Assembly (NCBI GenBank): GCA_016808295.1 | Contig: SEOL01000005.1 | Span: 10,357 to 74,356 of the forward strand | Source of the DNA: Candidatus Liberibacter ctenarytainae | GTDB lineage: Bacteria; Pseudomonadota; Alphaproteobacteria; Rhizobiales; Rhizobiaceae | Length of the DNA: 64,000 nucleotides | Reading direction: 5' to 3' | Shown here: positions 44,283 through 53,295 of the stretch, piece after piece | Position numbering within the stretch: the first letter of the stretch is position 1 | Layout of the letters: each line of letters opens with the position of its first letter | Program-made: the position numbers and the translations under genes | The notes under the pieces: model-generated | Seen by the model: the letters and a program-made list of their open reading frames with translations, nothing else | What the model was told of the DNA's origin: nothing | Databases searched by the model: none

Positions 44283-45386
44283 ATGGGTTTCAAATGTGGT
44301 ATTATAGGATTGCCTAACGTTGGAAAATCGACTCTCTTTAATGCATTAACACGCACAGCTGCAGCTCAAGCAGAAAACTATCCCTTTTGTACAATAGAAC
44401 CAAATTCTGGTGAAGTTGCAGTTCCAGATCCACGGCTACATGCATTATCTCAAATTGCCAAATCAAAGGATTTGATTCCCGCTTATATGTCTTTTGTAGA
44501 TATTGCGGGAATAGTGCGTGGGGCATCAAAAGGGGAAGGCCTTGGGAATCAATTTCTTGCCAACATTCGTGAAGCAGATGCAATAGTACATGTACTGCGT
44601 TGTTTTGAAGATGAAAACATTATTCACGTCGAAGATCGTGTTAATCCTCTGCGTGATATTGAGATAATAGAAATGGAATTAATGCTTTCTGATCTTGAAA
44701 GGCTTGAACGATCTTGTGAACAAAACAAAAAACACAAGAACCATAAGTCTGAAGAAGCATCTCTTATGCAGTCGATTGTTTCTGCATCTATCCGCCTCAT
44801 AGAAGAAGGAAAATCCGTTAGAACACTGTTCAAATCTCTTGATTCTGATTCAATTCGTATCCTCAAAAGCTTAAATCTTTTAACATCTAAACCAGTTCTC
44901 TATGTCTGCAATGTTGCGGAAGGTGACTGTATAACCGGAAATATTCACACAGAAGCAGTTAAAAAATTAGCTGCACAACAGGATACAGAAGTGATTATCA
45001 TATCAGCTGCGATTGAAGCAGAGATAGCACAACTTGCAGAAGAAGAACGATCTATTTTTATGAAAGATTTGGGCATTTCTCTACCAGGTCTGGAATCCCT
45101 TATTCGTTCTGGATATCGACTCTTGGATTTAATAACATATTTTACAGTCGGCCCTAAAGAAACACATGCGTGGACAATTCCCCGAGGAATAAACGCTCAA
45201 CAAGCAGCAGGAGTGATCCATTCTGATTTTGAAAGAGGTTTTATACGCGCTCTAACGATTTCCTATGAAGATTATATCACGATGGGTGGAGAGAGTGGTG
45301 CTAAAGCAGCTGGAAAAGCACGTGATGAAGGAAAAGATTACATCGTCAAAGATGGTGATATTATGCATTTTCGGTTTAATGTATGA
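44283..45386 (+). CDS. ychF: Ribosome-binding ATPase YchF (Obg-like)
   Basis: 367 aa from ATG 44283 (MGFKCGIIGLPNVGKSTLFNALT). It has the C-terminal TGS/YchF motif FTVGPKETHAWTIPRGINAQQAAGVIHSDFERGFIRA. The ORF track begins 16 codons earlier. Confidence 0.92.
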   Translation: MGFKCGIIGLPNVGKSTLFNALTRTAAAQAENYPFCTIEPNSGEVAVPDPRLHALSQIAKSKDLIPAYMSFVDIAGIVRGASKGEGLGNQFLANIREADAIVHVLRCFEDENIIHVEDRVNPLRDIEIIEMELMLSDLERLERSCEQNKKHKNHKSEEASLMQSIVSASIRLIEEGKSVRTLFKSLDSDSIRILKSLNLLTSKPVLYVCNVAEGDCITGNIHTEAVKKLAAQQDTEVIIISAAIEAEIAQLAEEERSIFMKDLGISLPGLESLIRSGYRLLDLITYFTVGPKETHAWTIPRGINAQQAAGVIHSDFERGFIRALTISYEDYITMGGESGAKAAGKARDEGKDYIVKDGDIMHFRFNV

Positions 45387-46165
45387 TGCAACGAGAAATA
45401 CGAACAATTTTTAAACCCATATATCAACAGGAAAGAATTCAACCATTGATTTTATAGTAACCCCATCTATAGAAGACAATATTTAAGATTTCTCATCTTC
45501 TCACTGCTATCTTTTGAGACAATGATGATGTGATATTAAAAAATGTCTGTGCTATCTTCCTTCAACTACTATAGATTCAAAGTTTTAATCATGCTCATAT
45601 AATGGATATCAATACAGGATTTCCCGTATTCCAATGATTCAGACAATCCAAGAAGCAAGGATGATAGCAGGATTGCCATCAACAACTTGTTAGAAAAGCA
45701 AAAATTGAGGAAGGATTGTAAAACAAAAGTATCCATCCATCTCTTGATCTCCTTCTTTCATTCAAGATTCCTATCACAGCACCATTATCTGATATTATTT
45801 TCTTCTCTTGTTCTAATCCAATATCTTTTTTGACCTAGAATTCATTCTTTAATGAATATTTTTTCTATAGAATACATCAATCTTCTAAAACACTTGATCA
45901 GATATTTCCATTATTCTATTATCATATTTAAACATAGTAGCTAAACAAATCTCTTGTCGCACTTATCAAGTTAATTCTTTTGCATACAATGAAGATTATA
46001 GATTGTTCATCATCATGAAATTTACAAAATTTTTCTTTGAATTCAATATTAATTGATATTTTGATTGATGTCCTGAATCGTTTGGTGGAAAAAGTTTTTT
46101 ATTGCATTAATTGAATACAATTATGCATCGTAACAGTAATCATCCGATTGTTTTAGGAGACAAAT

Positions 46166-47368
46166 ATGGAAAAACAAAAAGTAGCTTTTTTAACATCTGG
46201 CGGTATTGCTCCGTGTCTATCTTCAATTATTGGTATGCTCATTAGTCGCTATACTGAAATTTACCCAGAAGTAGAGTTAATAGCTTATCGTTCAGGATAT
46301 CGAGGCTTGCTTTTAGATGATACAATTGAAATATCTTCTGATATGCGTCAAAATGCAGATAAATTGCTTTTTTATGGTGGTTCTCCTATTGGAAACAGTC
46401 GCATTAAGCTCACAAATACTGATGATTGCATTAAGCGAAACTTGATCAAAAAAGATGAGAATCCTTTGGAAGCATCCGCTCGCCATATTATCAAGAATGG
46501 GATTACTATTCTCCATACAATCGGAGGAGACGATACCAATACAACGGCATTGGATCTTCTGAGTTATTTGAGGAAAAAAGATTATAATCTGACAATCGTT
46601 GGATTACCTAAAACAATTGATAACGACATTATTCCAATACGCCAATCGTTAGGAGCTTTGACGGCTGCTCAAGTGAGTGCAAAATTTTTTGATAATATCT
46701 CTAATGAGCGCACTGCAACACCTAAAAGTCTCATCATACATGAAGTTATGGGCAGAAATTGCGGTTGGTTGACAGCTTATGCTGCACGATCCTATTTAGA
46801 TATGATCCGCGATAGAGAGTATGTCAATGGATTTATGTTGTCTCCTGAACTCAAGAAAATAGATGGTATTTATTTGCCAGAAATGTGCTTCAATCTTGAA
46901 GAAGAAACTAAACGACTAAGCAAAATTATGAAGGACAAGGGATCCGTTGCTCTTTTTGTGTCTGAAGGAGCATGTTATGATACTATCATAAAAGACCGTC
47001 AAGAATCCGGTGATCACATTCAGCGGGATTCTTTCGGACATGTTCTACTCGACAAGATAAATGTTGGTGCTTGGTTCGCTGATAAATTTGCCAATCTTAT
47101 TCAAGCAGAACGATCTGTTGTACAAAAATCTGGTTATTTTGCTCGTTCTGCCGCTTCTGGAAAAGAAGATTTGATTCTTATCAGAAAAATGGTTTGTCTC
47201 GCAGTAGATAGCGCGATTTCCGGTATATCTGGTGTTACAGGCGAAGATGAGAGGAAAAACGATTGTTTGCGAGTCATTCCATTTGAAGAAATTCGTGGAG
47301 GAAAGATCTTTGACATAAAAACACCCTGGTTTTCCAGTATATTAGAACATACAGGCCAAAACCACTAA
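46166..47368 (+). CDS. pfp: Pyrophosphate-dependent 6-phosphofructokinase (PPi-PFK)
   Basis: 400 aa with an AGGAG RBS. PFK motifs are TSGGIAPCLSS, IGGDDTNTTA and LPKTIDNDI. The GGDD (not GGDG) and PKTID residues are the established PPi-specificity markers. Confidence 0.85.
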   Translation: MEKQKVAFLTSGGIAPCLSSIIGMLISRYTEIYPEVELIAYRSGYRGLLLDDTIEISSDMRQNADKLLFYGGSPIGNSRIKLTNTDDCIKRNLIKKDENPLEASARHIIKNGITILHTIGGDDTNTTALDLLSYLRKKDYNLTIVGLPKTIDNDIIPIRQSLGALTAAQVSAKFFDNISNERTATPKSLIIHEVMGRNCGWLTAYAARSYLDMIRDREYVNGFMLSPELKKIDGIYLPEMCFNLEEETKRLSKIMKDKGSVALFVSEGACYDTIIKDRQESGDHIQRDSFGHVLLDKINVGAWFADKFANLIQAERSVVQKSGYFARSAASGKEDLILIRKMVCLAVDSAISGISGVTGEDERKNDCLRVIPFEEIRGGKIFDIKTPWFSSILEHTGQNH

Positions 47369-47910
47369 AAAATTGTTTCTGCACAGAGACTATCAATTTC
47401 TTTCGTTCATTATCATGGTTTATGCATTTTCAAAAAACATGTCATTGGTAGATAAAATCGTCATTGGATAGAGGAAAATGATTGCATTAGCAGATTACCC
47501 CCAAGGAAAGATGGAATAAAAAACTAAAAAATCAATTTTTTGAAGTCATTCTCATCTTAAATCAGGTGATGCTTTCTTAGTCGATGTTGTTTGTTCTTTA
47601 ATTGTATATAGGCCCTTTTCGACTATGAAACCTGAAAAATTCATTCTGGTGAAATCATCTTAGAAGAAGCATAATTTGAATTTTTGAGTAAAATAGAGAA
47701 TATTTGTCTAAAAATCGCTCAAATATTGCCCAGAAGGACAATTGATCTTGTTAATTTTTAACTTAATCACTCTATAATAACAGATGATTAGCTAAATTAC
47801 TTCGTAAATTCAATAACTTAAGTGGCCCCTGCCCCTAAAAATCCTATTAAATACCACCATTGATTCTACGTTGTTTTATTTATTATACCCCGAACATTTT
47901 AAAAGGAGTA

Positions 47911-48396
47911 TTACCCCAATAACAGCTCATCTTCAACCTCTCTTCTGGCAATGAGATCTTTTAATTTATTACCCCCAGAAAAGATCCATCTATTACATTC
48001 CATTGCAGCATTGGACCAATCCTCATCATCAATCCTCTTTTTGAAAGTGCTGTATTTATATCTGTTGATACCGAGATTAAAGACAAAATCTCCAACAGCT
48101 GATATTCGGTTTTCTCCAGAGGGTGCAAGAATAGGAGAATCTTTGAGTACTTGGGTTAAACACTTTATAGCATCATGATATAAAAGAGCATTTGCTTGTC
48201 CAACAGATATTCTCATGCCCTCATAGATACCACACCCAGTATGTCCATATCCAATTGTCCAAATGCCAGCAGTACATCGGTAGGCGGATAGGCATAGACC
48301 TTCAAACCTTTTGATTATGTCAGTCAATGGCGGTGGAATTGCAACCATGGTAATAACTAAAAACCATTCAAACCTTGACTCGGTCAAGAGAATCAT
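47911..48396 (-). CDS. Phage-type lysozyme / endolysin (glycoside hydrolase family 24)
   Basis: 161 aa. IKRFEGLCLSAYRCTAGIWTIGYGHT is the GH24 core. The catalytic pattern is E32-x8-C41-x5-T47, the Cys variant of E-x8-D/C-x5-T. The start is uncertain: ATG 48396 or ATG 48348. Confidence 0.8.
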   Translation of the reverse strand: MILLTESRFEWFLVITMVAIPPPLTDIIKRFEGLCLSAYRCTAGIWTIGYGHTGCGIYEGMRISVGQANALLYHDAIKCLTQVLKDSPILAPSGENRISAVGDFVFNLGINRYKYSTFKKRIDDEDWSNAAMECNRWIFSGGNKLKDLIARREVEDELLLG

Positions 48397-48445
48397 GCAC
48401 CTAGATACAATCTTTTGTTGATTTTAGTATATTTAAGGTGAAACT

Positions 48446-48679
48446 ATGAATCGTGTATACACTTTGGTCTTTTTGATTTCCTTCGGATTGGGATTGACTG
48501 GATATTCTGCTAGTAGTGCAATGATGTTATCATGTCCAAGCAGATACGGGAGTTATGGAATATCAAAAGATAATTTAAGTAGGTGCATTTCCGAATTAGT
48601 AGGAGTAATAGAAGACTTAGAAAGTAAAATAAGTGACTTAGAAAGTAAAATAAGTGACCTAGAAAGCAATATTAATTAG
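48446..48679 (+). CDS. Small secreted or membrane-anchored coiled-coil protein (hypothetical)
   Basis: 77 aa with a good RBS (AAGGTGA 4 nt before the ATG). It has a hydrophobic N-terminal signal-like segment MNRVYTLVFLISFGLGLTGYSASSA. The C-terminal heptads DLESKIS-DLESKIS-DLESNIN carry Leu/Ile in a/d spacing. It is divergent from the lysozyme gene. Confidence 0.55.
   Translation: MNRVYTLVFLISFGLGLTGYSASSAMMLSCPSRYGSYGISKDNLSRCISELVGVIEDLESKISDLESKISDLESNIN
48614..48676 (+). repeat. 21-bp tandem repeat x3 (two perfect copies and one diverged) inside the small CDS
   Basis: GACTTAGAAAGTAAAATAAGT occurs at 48614-48634 and again at 48635-48655. GACCTAGAAAGCAATATTAAT follows at 48656-48676, then the TAG stop. 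Confidence 0.95.
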
Positions 48680-49044
48680 TCTAAGAGAGTATTAAAGCGC
48701 GACAAAATGGAGCATCAATACTTGATTTAAATTCTTCACTTCTTCCTCACAATATTATCAGTATACCAAAAGCCCAAAATACAAGAGATTATATCTTAGG
48801 TAAAAGGGCATAGAAACGCCAAAGGATCCCAAGGAATTAGTTCTTCTCTCATAAGATAAATGACCAATAAAGGATAAGCAACAATCCAGAAGAAAGTTGA
48901 TGGATTCATTGAAACAGACCGGCATATTCCTTTGAAAAACAATAATCCACTGTACTACGATATCTCTGCCATCTATCAATACATAAAAATCTAGGATGAG
49001 ATTCCATCTGTAGAAATGCTTCTCCCTATTATCGCAATAGGATT

Positions 49045-50052
49045 TTATTGTTCGTATACTGCGGTGGCAGGACTTACACTCTCTTTGTCACTTATCGTAG
49101 GAGGATTCTGTTGAGTGGTTTTAGGTATAGAGGGATGAGGAACGGCTTCAAATCTATAATGCGATATACGCATATTCCCCTCAGAAAATTGAAATTTTCC
49201 TGTAATATATGCTTTTCCCAAAGAATGATCTAATTTTAATAATTGAGATACATCCATATATGAGGAAAAAGAACCTGCATAAACAGGTTGGTGATGATTC
49301 CACGAAAGATCTCCTGATAAGGAGATCACAAAAGAATGAGGATATGGAGAAAGCTTTACTTTCAAAGGTAATACATTATTACTCGCTGGAAACAGGGCTA
49401 CAACCTTAAATGAACCTTTTTGGTGATTGAAAGCACCATTTCCTTCTATTTGGACGGATCCCTTGACAGAATCAAGAGATACTTTTGGATCAAAATCCAT
49501 AATCTGAGCAGATAATGTGCAATCTAGACTTGAAAAAAGATGGGTGTGTTGCGATTTTTGATCAAGAATCTTAATCTGCCCTCTATGAATATAGACTTTT
49601 CCTAAAACTATATTATGAATCCTGCCTAACATATGATCGATCCGAAAAGATTCCTGAACATTTCCCTCTTTAGACAGAATAAAATCTAAAGAAGGTTTTT
49701 CTATATGCATATCAAAAATACGAATTTTTCCAGACAAAAGAGGTAAAAATTCTGCCTTCATTGAAAAACGTTCAATTTTTGATGTAAAGGAATCATCGGA
49801 TTTTTGATCAATATAGATATCATTCAATATGACTAAGGGAACAGGCAATATACGAACACTAATGTCACCTTTGATTATGACCTTCTTTCCTATAACAAGA
49901 CTGGCTTTCTGTTCAAAATTATCTCGAAAATATGTCCAGTCAATCAATAGAGGAACGATAAAAGCGCTGGAAAACGCTATTAACAATAAACATCCTAAAC
50001 CAATTAATATACGTCTTAGCAAAATGATAATCCTCGTTAAAAATCCTAACAA
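49045..50052 (-). CDS. AsmA-family protein, short form (N-terminal anchor plus AsmA N-domain only)
   Basis: 335 aa. It has an N-terminal TM helix followed by DWTYFRDNFEQKASLVIGKKVIIKGDISVRILPVPLVILNDIYI...AEFLPLLSGKIRIFDMHIEKPSL. This parallels the E. coli AsmA N-terminus (NPNDFRDYMVKQV...LPLLSHQL...). The start is apparently TTG, with no in-frame ATG near the N-terminus. Confidence 0.55.
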   Translation of the reverse strand: MLGFLTRIIILLRRILIGLGCLLLIAFSSAFIVPLLIDWTYFRDNFEQKASLVIGKKVIIKGDISVRILPVPLVILNDIYIDQKSDDSFTSKIERFSMKAEFLPLLSGKIRIFDMHIEKPSLDFILSKEGNVQESFRIDHMLGRIHNIVLGKVYIHRGQIKILDQKSQHTHLFSSLDCTLSAQIMDFDPKVSLDSVKGSVQIEGNGAFNHQKGSFKVVALFPASNNVLPLKVKLSPYPHSFVISLSGDLSWNHHQPVYAGSFSSYMDVSQLLKLDHSLGKAYITGKFQFSEGNMRISHYRFEAVPHPSIPKTTQQNPPTISDKESVSPATAVYEQ

Positions 50053-50262
50053 TACTCTCGATTAACAAGCGCAATATCACATGATTATTATGAATAATTA
50101 CTGATTTTTTAACAGATCAATCTACTCAAAATATCAATCAAAACATCTCTTGTTTCGGGAAACCAAGAAATAATTTTTCTGGATAATAAGAAACATAACA
50201 AACTTACCTCTCACCAGAGCAAGATTGATCTGTGAATTTTCAATAAAAATAACTTTTCTATT

Positions 50263-50832
50263 TTACCTGTGTATAGGATAAGAAGTAATCTTGATTTCCA
50301 CGCGTCGATTTCTTTGACGCCCTTCTTCGGTATCATTAGTATCCATCGGATACTTATAAGCAAGTCCGTTAGACGAGATTATCTTCGGGTTTACACCTTG
50401 TTGTATCAAATAATTCATCAATATATCAGCTTGCTTTTGAGAAAGAGATTTGTTCGATTCCAGCGTTCCAATGGAATCGGTATGACCGTCCACTTTAATT
50501 GATGCATATTTAAATTGACTCAGAATAACAGCTGTAGACGTTAAAACAGGTTTAATGTTTTTGTCGATATCCACTCCATTCGATGTGAATGCAATGTGCG
50601 ATGGTAGAATGAGTATAATACAATTATCGAAACGAGCAACTGTAACATCTGTATGCTGTAGATGCATTCGTAATTCATCTTCTTTTTTATCAAGATAATT
50701 TCCTATAATAAGATTTATCTTTCTTATATTATCTTGTTTCGCACGTGGCGGATTCCCATATGGTTTTTTACTTATCCCACATCCAGAAAGAGCAATCATG
50801 ACACAAATAAAAACACCAAACCTCTTCATCAT
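50263..50832 (-). CDS. OmpA-family (OmpA_C / peptidoglycan-binding) lipoprotein
   Basis: 189 aa with a lipobox IALSGC at the end of the signal peptide. The OmpA-like domain is VDGHTDSIGTLESNKSLSQKQADILMNYL...NRRVEIKI. Confidence 0.8.
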   Translation of the reverse strand: MMKRFGVFICVMIALSGCGISKKPYGNPPRAKQDNIRKINLIIGNYLDKKEDELRMHLQHTDVTVARFDNCIILILPSHIAFTSNGVDIDKNIKPVLTSTAVILSQFKYASIKVDGHTDSIGTLESNKSLSQKQADILMNYLIQQGVNPKIISSNGLAYKYPMDTNDTEEGRQRNRRVEIKITSYPIHR

Positions 50833-51051
50833 TTTCTAAACAGTCCCCTTCCCTTAAATATCATCTCCAGCATATATAAAAACATACAACTAACAACGTA
50901 ATTGATGAATCCATCCTTACATGTTATACACATTATAAGGAACCAAAAGATAGATTCCTTCCTTGTTTTTTATCAAGTTTGTACAAAATTCAATACCATG
51001 TTTGATCTTATTGCTATTCAAGGAAGTTTATAAAACAGTTATTAGAAGGTA

Positions 51052-53295
51052 GTGAAGGTGCAACAGAGCGATAACAAAAAAGAGGGATCTCAAACATCCA
51101 ATCCATTTATCTTTTCCTTGCAAGCCCATTCCTTGCAAGCCCAACATGATTATCTTGATAGATTAGATCCTCAACAAAGACATGCTGCCACAACAATTGA
51201 TTCAGATTATCTCCTCATATTAGCAGGAGCAGGAACTGGGAAAACCACAGTTTTGGTATCCCGCATGTTGTATCTAATCTTTCAGAAAAAGATCAATCCT
51301 ACACAACTTCTTGCCATGACTTTTACAAATCAGGCAACACAAGAGATGAAAAGTCGCTTTACCTTGTTAGGCAATATTATTCCTGCAATTCATACTTTTC
51401 ATTCTTTTTGCACAAGAGTGCTCAGAAAACACAGTCTCATACTGGATCTATCTACTGATTTTATTATTCTTGATAAAAAGGACTCTCAGTCTATTATCAA
51501 AAAACTCATAAAAGAACATAATGTTGATGAGAAAATATACTCCGCTTCAGGAACATCGGATACAATATATAGATGGCAAAATCATGGATTAAATCCAGAA
51601 GATATTTCTTCATCTTCTCTAACGGAAGATGAAGAAATCCCACACATGATCTATACCCATTATACCCAATATTTACACCAGCAAGAGAGTTGTGACTTTG
51701 GAGGACTGATTCTCAACGCCATCAAGCTATTACGCGATCCACATATTCTCAAACAATATCATAAACAATTTCCTTATGTTATGGTAGATGAGTATCAAGA
51801 TATTAATATCGCACAATATCTGTTATTACGACTATTATGCCAAAAAGAAGATACAGAACAAAGGATCAATTTATGTTGCGTTGGTGATGAAGACCAATGT
51901 ATTTATGAATGGCGCGGTTCTAAAGTGGATCATATCCTGAATTTTCAACAGGATTTTAAAGGGTCCCATATTATCAAGCTAGAGCAAAATTACCGCTCTA
52001 CATCCCATATCCTCAATACGGCGAATAATCTTATTTCTAAAAATCATAATCGCTTTCCTAAAACCCTTTTTACCAAGAAACCCGTTCTTCATAATACTCC
52101 TAAGGTCAAAATACATGTGCATCAGGATAGTCACTCTGAATTATCTACCATAATCACAGAAATTCAAATTTTGAACGGCGCAGGAATTTCATTTCAGGAT
52201 ATAGCTATTTTAGTCCGTACAGCTGCACAAACAGATGCTTTTGAAGAAGAATTTATTAAACAAGGAATTCCCCATACAGTGATTGGAGGAAGCTTTTATG
52301 ATCTTCAGGAGATTCGCGATGCCATCGCTTATTGTCGCCTAGTATGTCAAGAAAAAAGTAACTTGGCCTTTGAACGCATCATCAATCTCCCTAAAAGAGG
52401 AATAGGAAAAAAGACCATTGAAATTCTACAAAATCATGCCAAACGACATCACATATCCTTATTCAAAGCAACAGAAGAAATCATTCAAACTGATGAATTG
52501 CACCCATTAAAACGCAAGGAACTGCATGATTTTATCCATAATATTCGTCGATGGAACGCTCTGATCAATCACATGAAATCAAATCATGTTGCAAAAATAA
52601 TCCTTGAAGAAAGTGGTTATATCGCTCTATGGAAAAATGATAAATTATCAGAAAAAGCACGCGAACGCTATGAAAATCTCAAAGACTTGATTGGAAAGAC
52701 AGAACAATATCAAACCTTAAAAGAATTTATAGAACATGTATCTCTTAGAGAAGATCAGAAGAGTGCCATAAACAGCCCTGATCGTGTCAAAATCATGACT
52801 TTGCATGCTGCAAAGGGCTTAGAATTTGATTCAGTCTTTATTTCAGGATGGGAACAAGGACTCTTCCCTCACCAACGTTCGCTCGATGAAGGTGACATAG
52901 AAGGTGAACGTCGACTCGCATATGTAGGAATTACTCGTGCACGTAATAATTGCCACCTCTTCTATGCTATAGATCGACGCAATCATCACTATCACCAGCA
53001 ATATCAATGCGCACCATCACAGTTTTTATTAGAATTATACCACCCTGATCACGTGGAAGAGATCATTCATGATGATATTGAGGGGAATTTCTCTGACCAT
53101 TGGAACGATTCATCGGAACAAGATCATTCTATTGAAAAAATGGTTGCTCGATTAAAAGCTGGAAATCGAGTAAAACATACTCAATTCGGAGAAGGAACAG
53201 TCCTTTTCGTTGCTGATAACACAATATATGTCGAGTTTGATGATGGTGAATCGCAATATCTCTTGGATAGCTTGATACAAAAAATATCAGACTAA
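51052..53295 (+). CDS. uvrD: ATP-dependent DNA helicase, UvrD/PcrA/Rep (SF1A) family
   Basis: 747 aa. Helicase motifs include Q (LDPQQRHAA), I (AGAGTGKTT), II (MVDEYQDIN), III (VGDEDQCIYEWRG), V/VI (TLHAAKGLEFDSVF...ERRLAYVGITRAR). A C-terminal Tudor-like tail is present (HTQFGEGTVL). The exact start is uncertain: GTG 51052 or GTG 51058. Confidence 0.85.
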   Translation: MKVQQSDNKKEGSQTSNPFIFSLQAHSLQAQHDYLDRLDPQQRHAATTIDSDYLLILAGAGTGKTTVLVSRMLYLIFQKKINPTQLLAMTFTNQATQEMKSRFTLLGNIIPAIHTFHSFCTRVLRKHSLILDLSTDFIILDKKDSQSIIKKLIKEHNVDEKIYSASGTSDTIYRWQNHGLNPEDISSSSLTEDEEIPHMIYTHYTQYLHQQESCDFGGLILNAIKLLRDPHILKQYHKQFPYVMVDEYQDINIAQYLLLRLLCQKEDTEQRINLCCVGDEDQCIYEWRGSKVDHILNFQQDFKGSHIIKLEQNYRSTSHILNTANNLISKNHNRFPKTLFTKKPVLHNTPKVKIHVHQDSHSELSTIITEIQILNGAGISFQDIAILVRTAAQTDAFEEEFIKQGIPHTVIGGSFYDLQEIRDAIAYCRLVCQEKSNLAFERIINLPKRGIGKKTIEILQNHAKRHHISLFKATEEIIQTDELHPLKRKELHDFIHNIRRWNALINHMKSNHVAKIILEESGYIALWKNDKLSEKARERYENLKDLIGKTEQYQTLKEFIEHVSLREDQKSAINSPDRVKIMTLHAAKGLEFDSVFISGWEQGLFPHQRSLDEGDIEGERRLAYVGITRARNNCHLFYAIDRRNHHYHQQYQCAPSQFLLELYHPDHVEEIIHDDIEGNFSDHWNDSSEQDHSIEKMVARLKAGNRVKHTQFGEGTVLFVADNTIYVEFDDGESQYLLDSLIQKISD
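51114..51143 (+). repeat. Perfect 15-bp tandem duplication within the uvrD 5' region
   Basis: TTCCTTGCAAGCCCA occurs at 51114-51128 and is repeated exactly at 51129-51143. It is in frame (5 codons) and encodes SLQAH-SLQAQ. Confidence 0.95.

Noticed and set aside
48758-48979. 73-aa minus-strand ORF between the coiled-coil gene and the AsmA-like gene
   Set aside because: It has no RBS and no recognisable domain or AsmA C-terminal similarity by eye. It is retained only as a place to look for AsmA remnants; see the AsmA finding.
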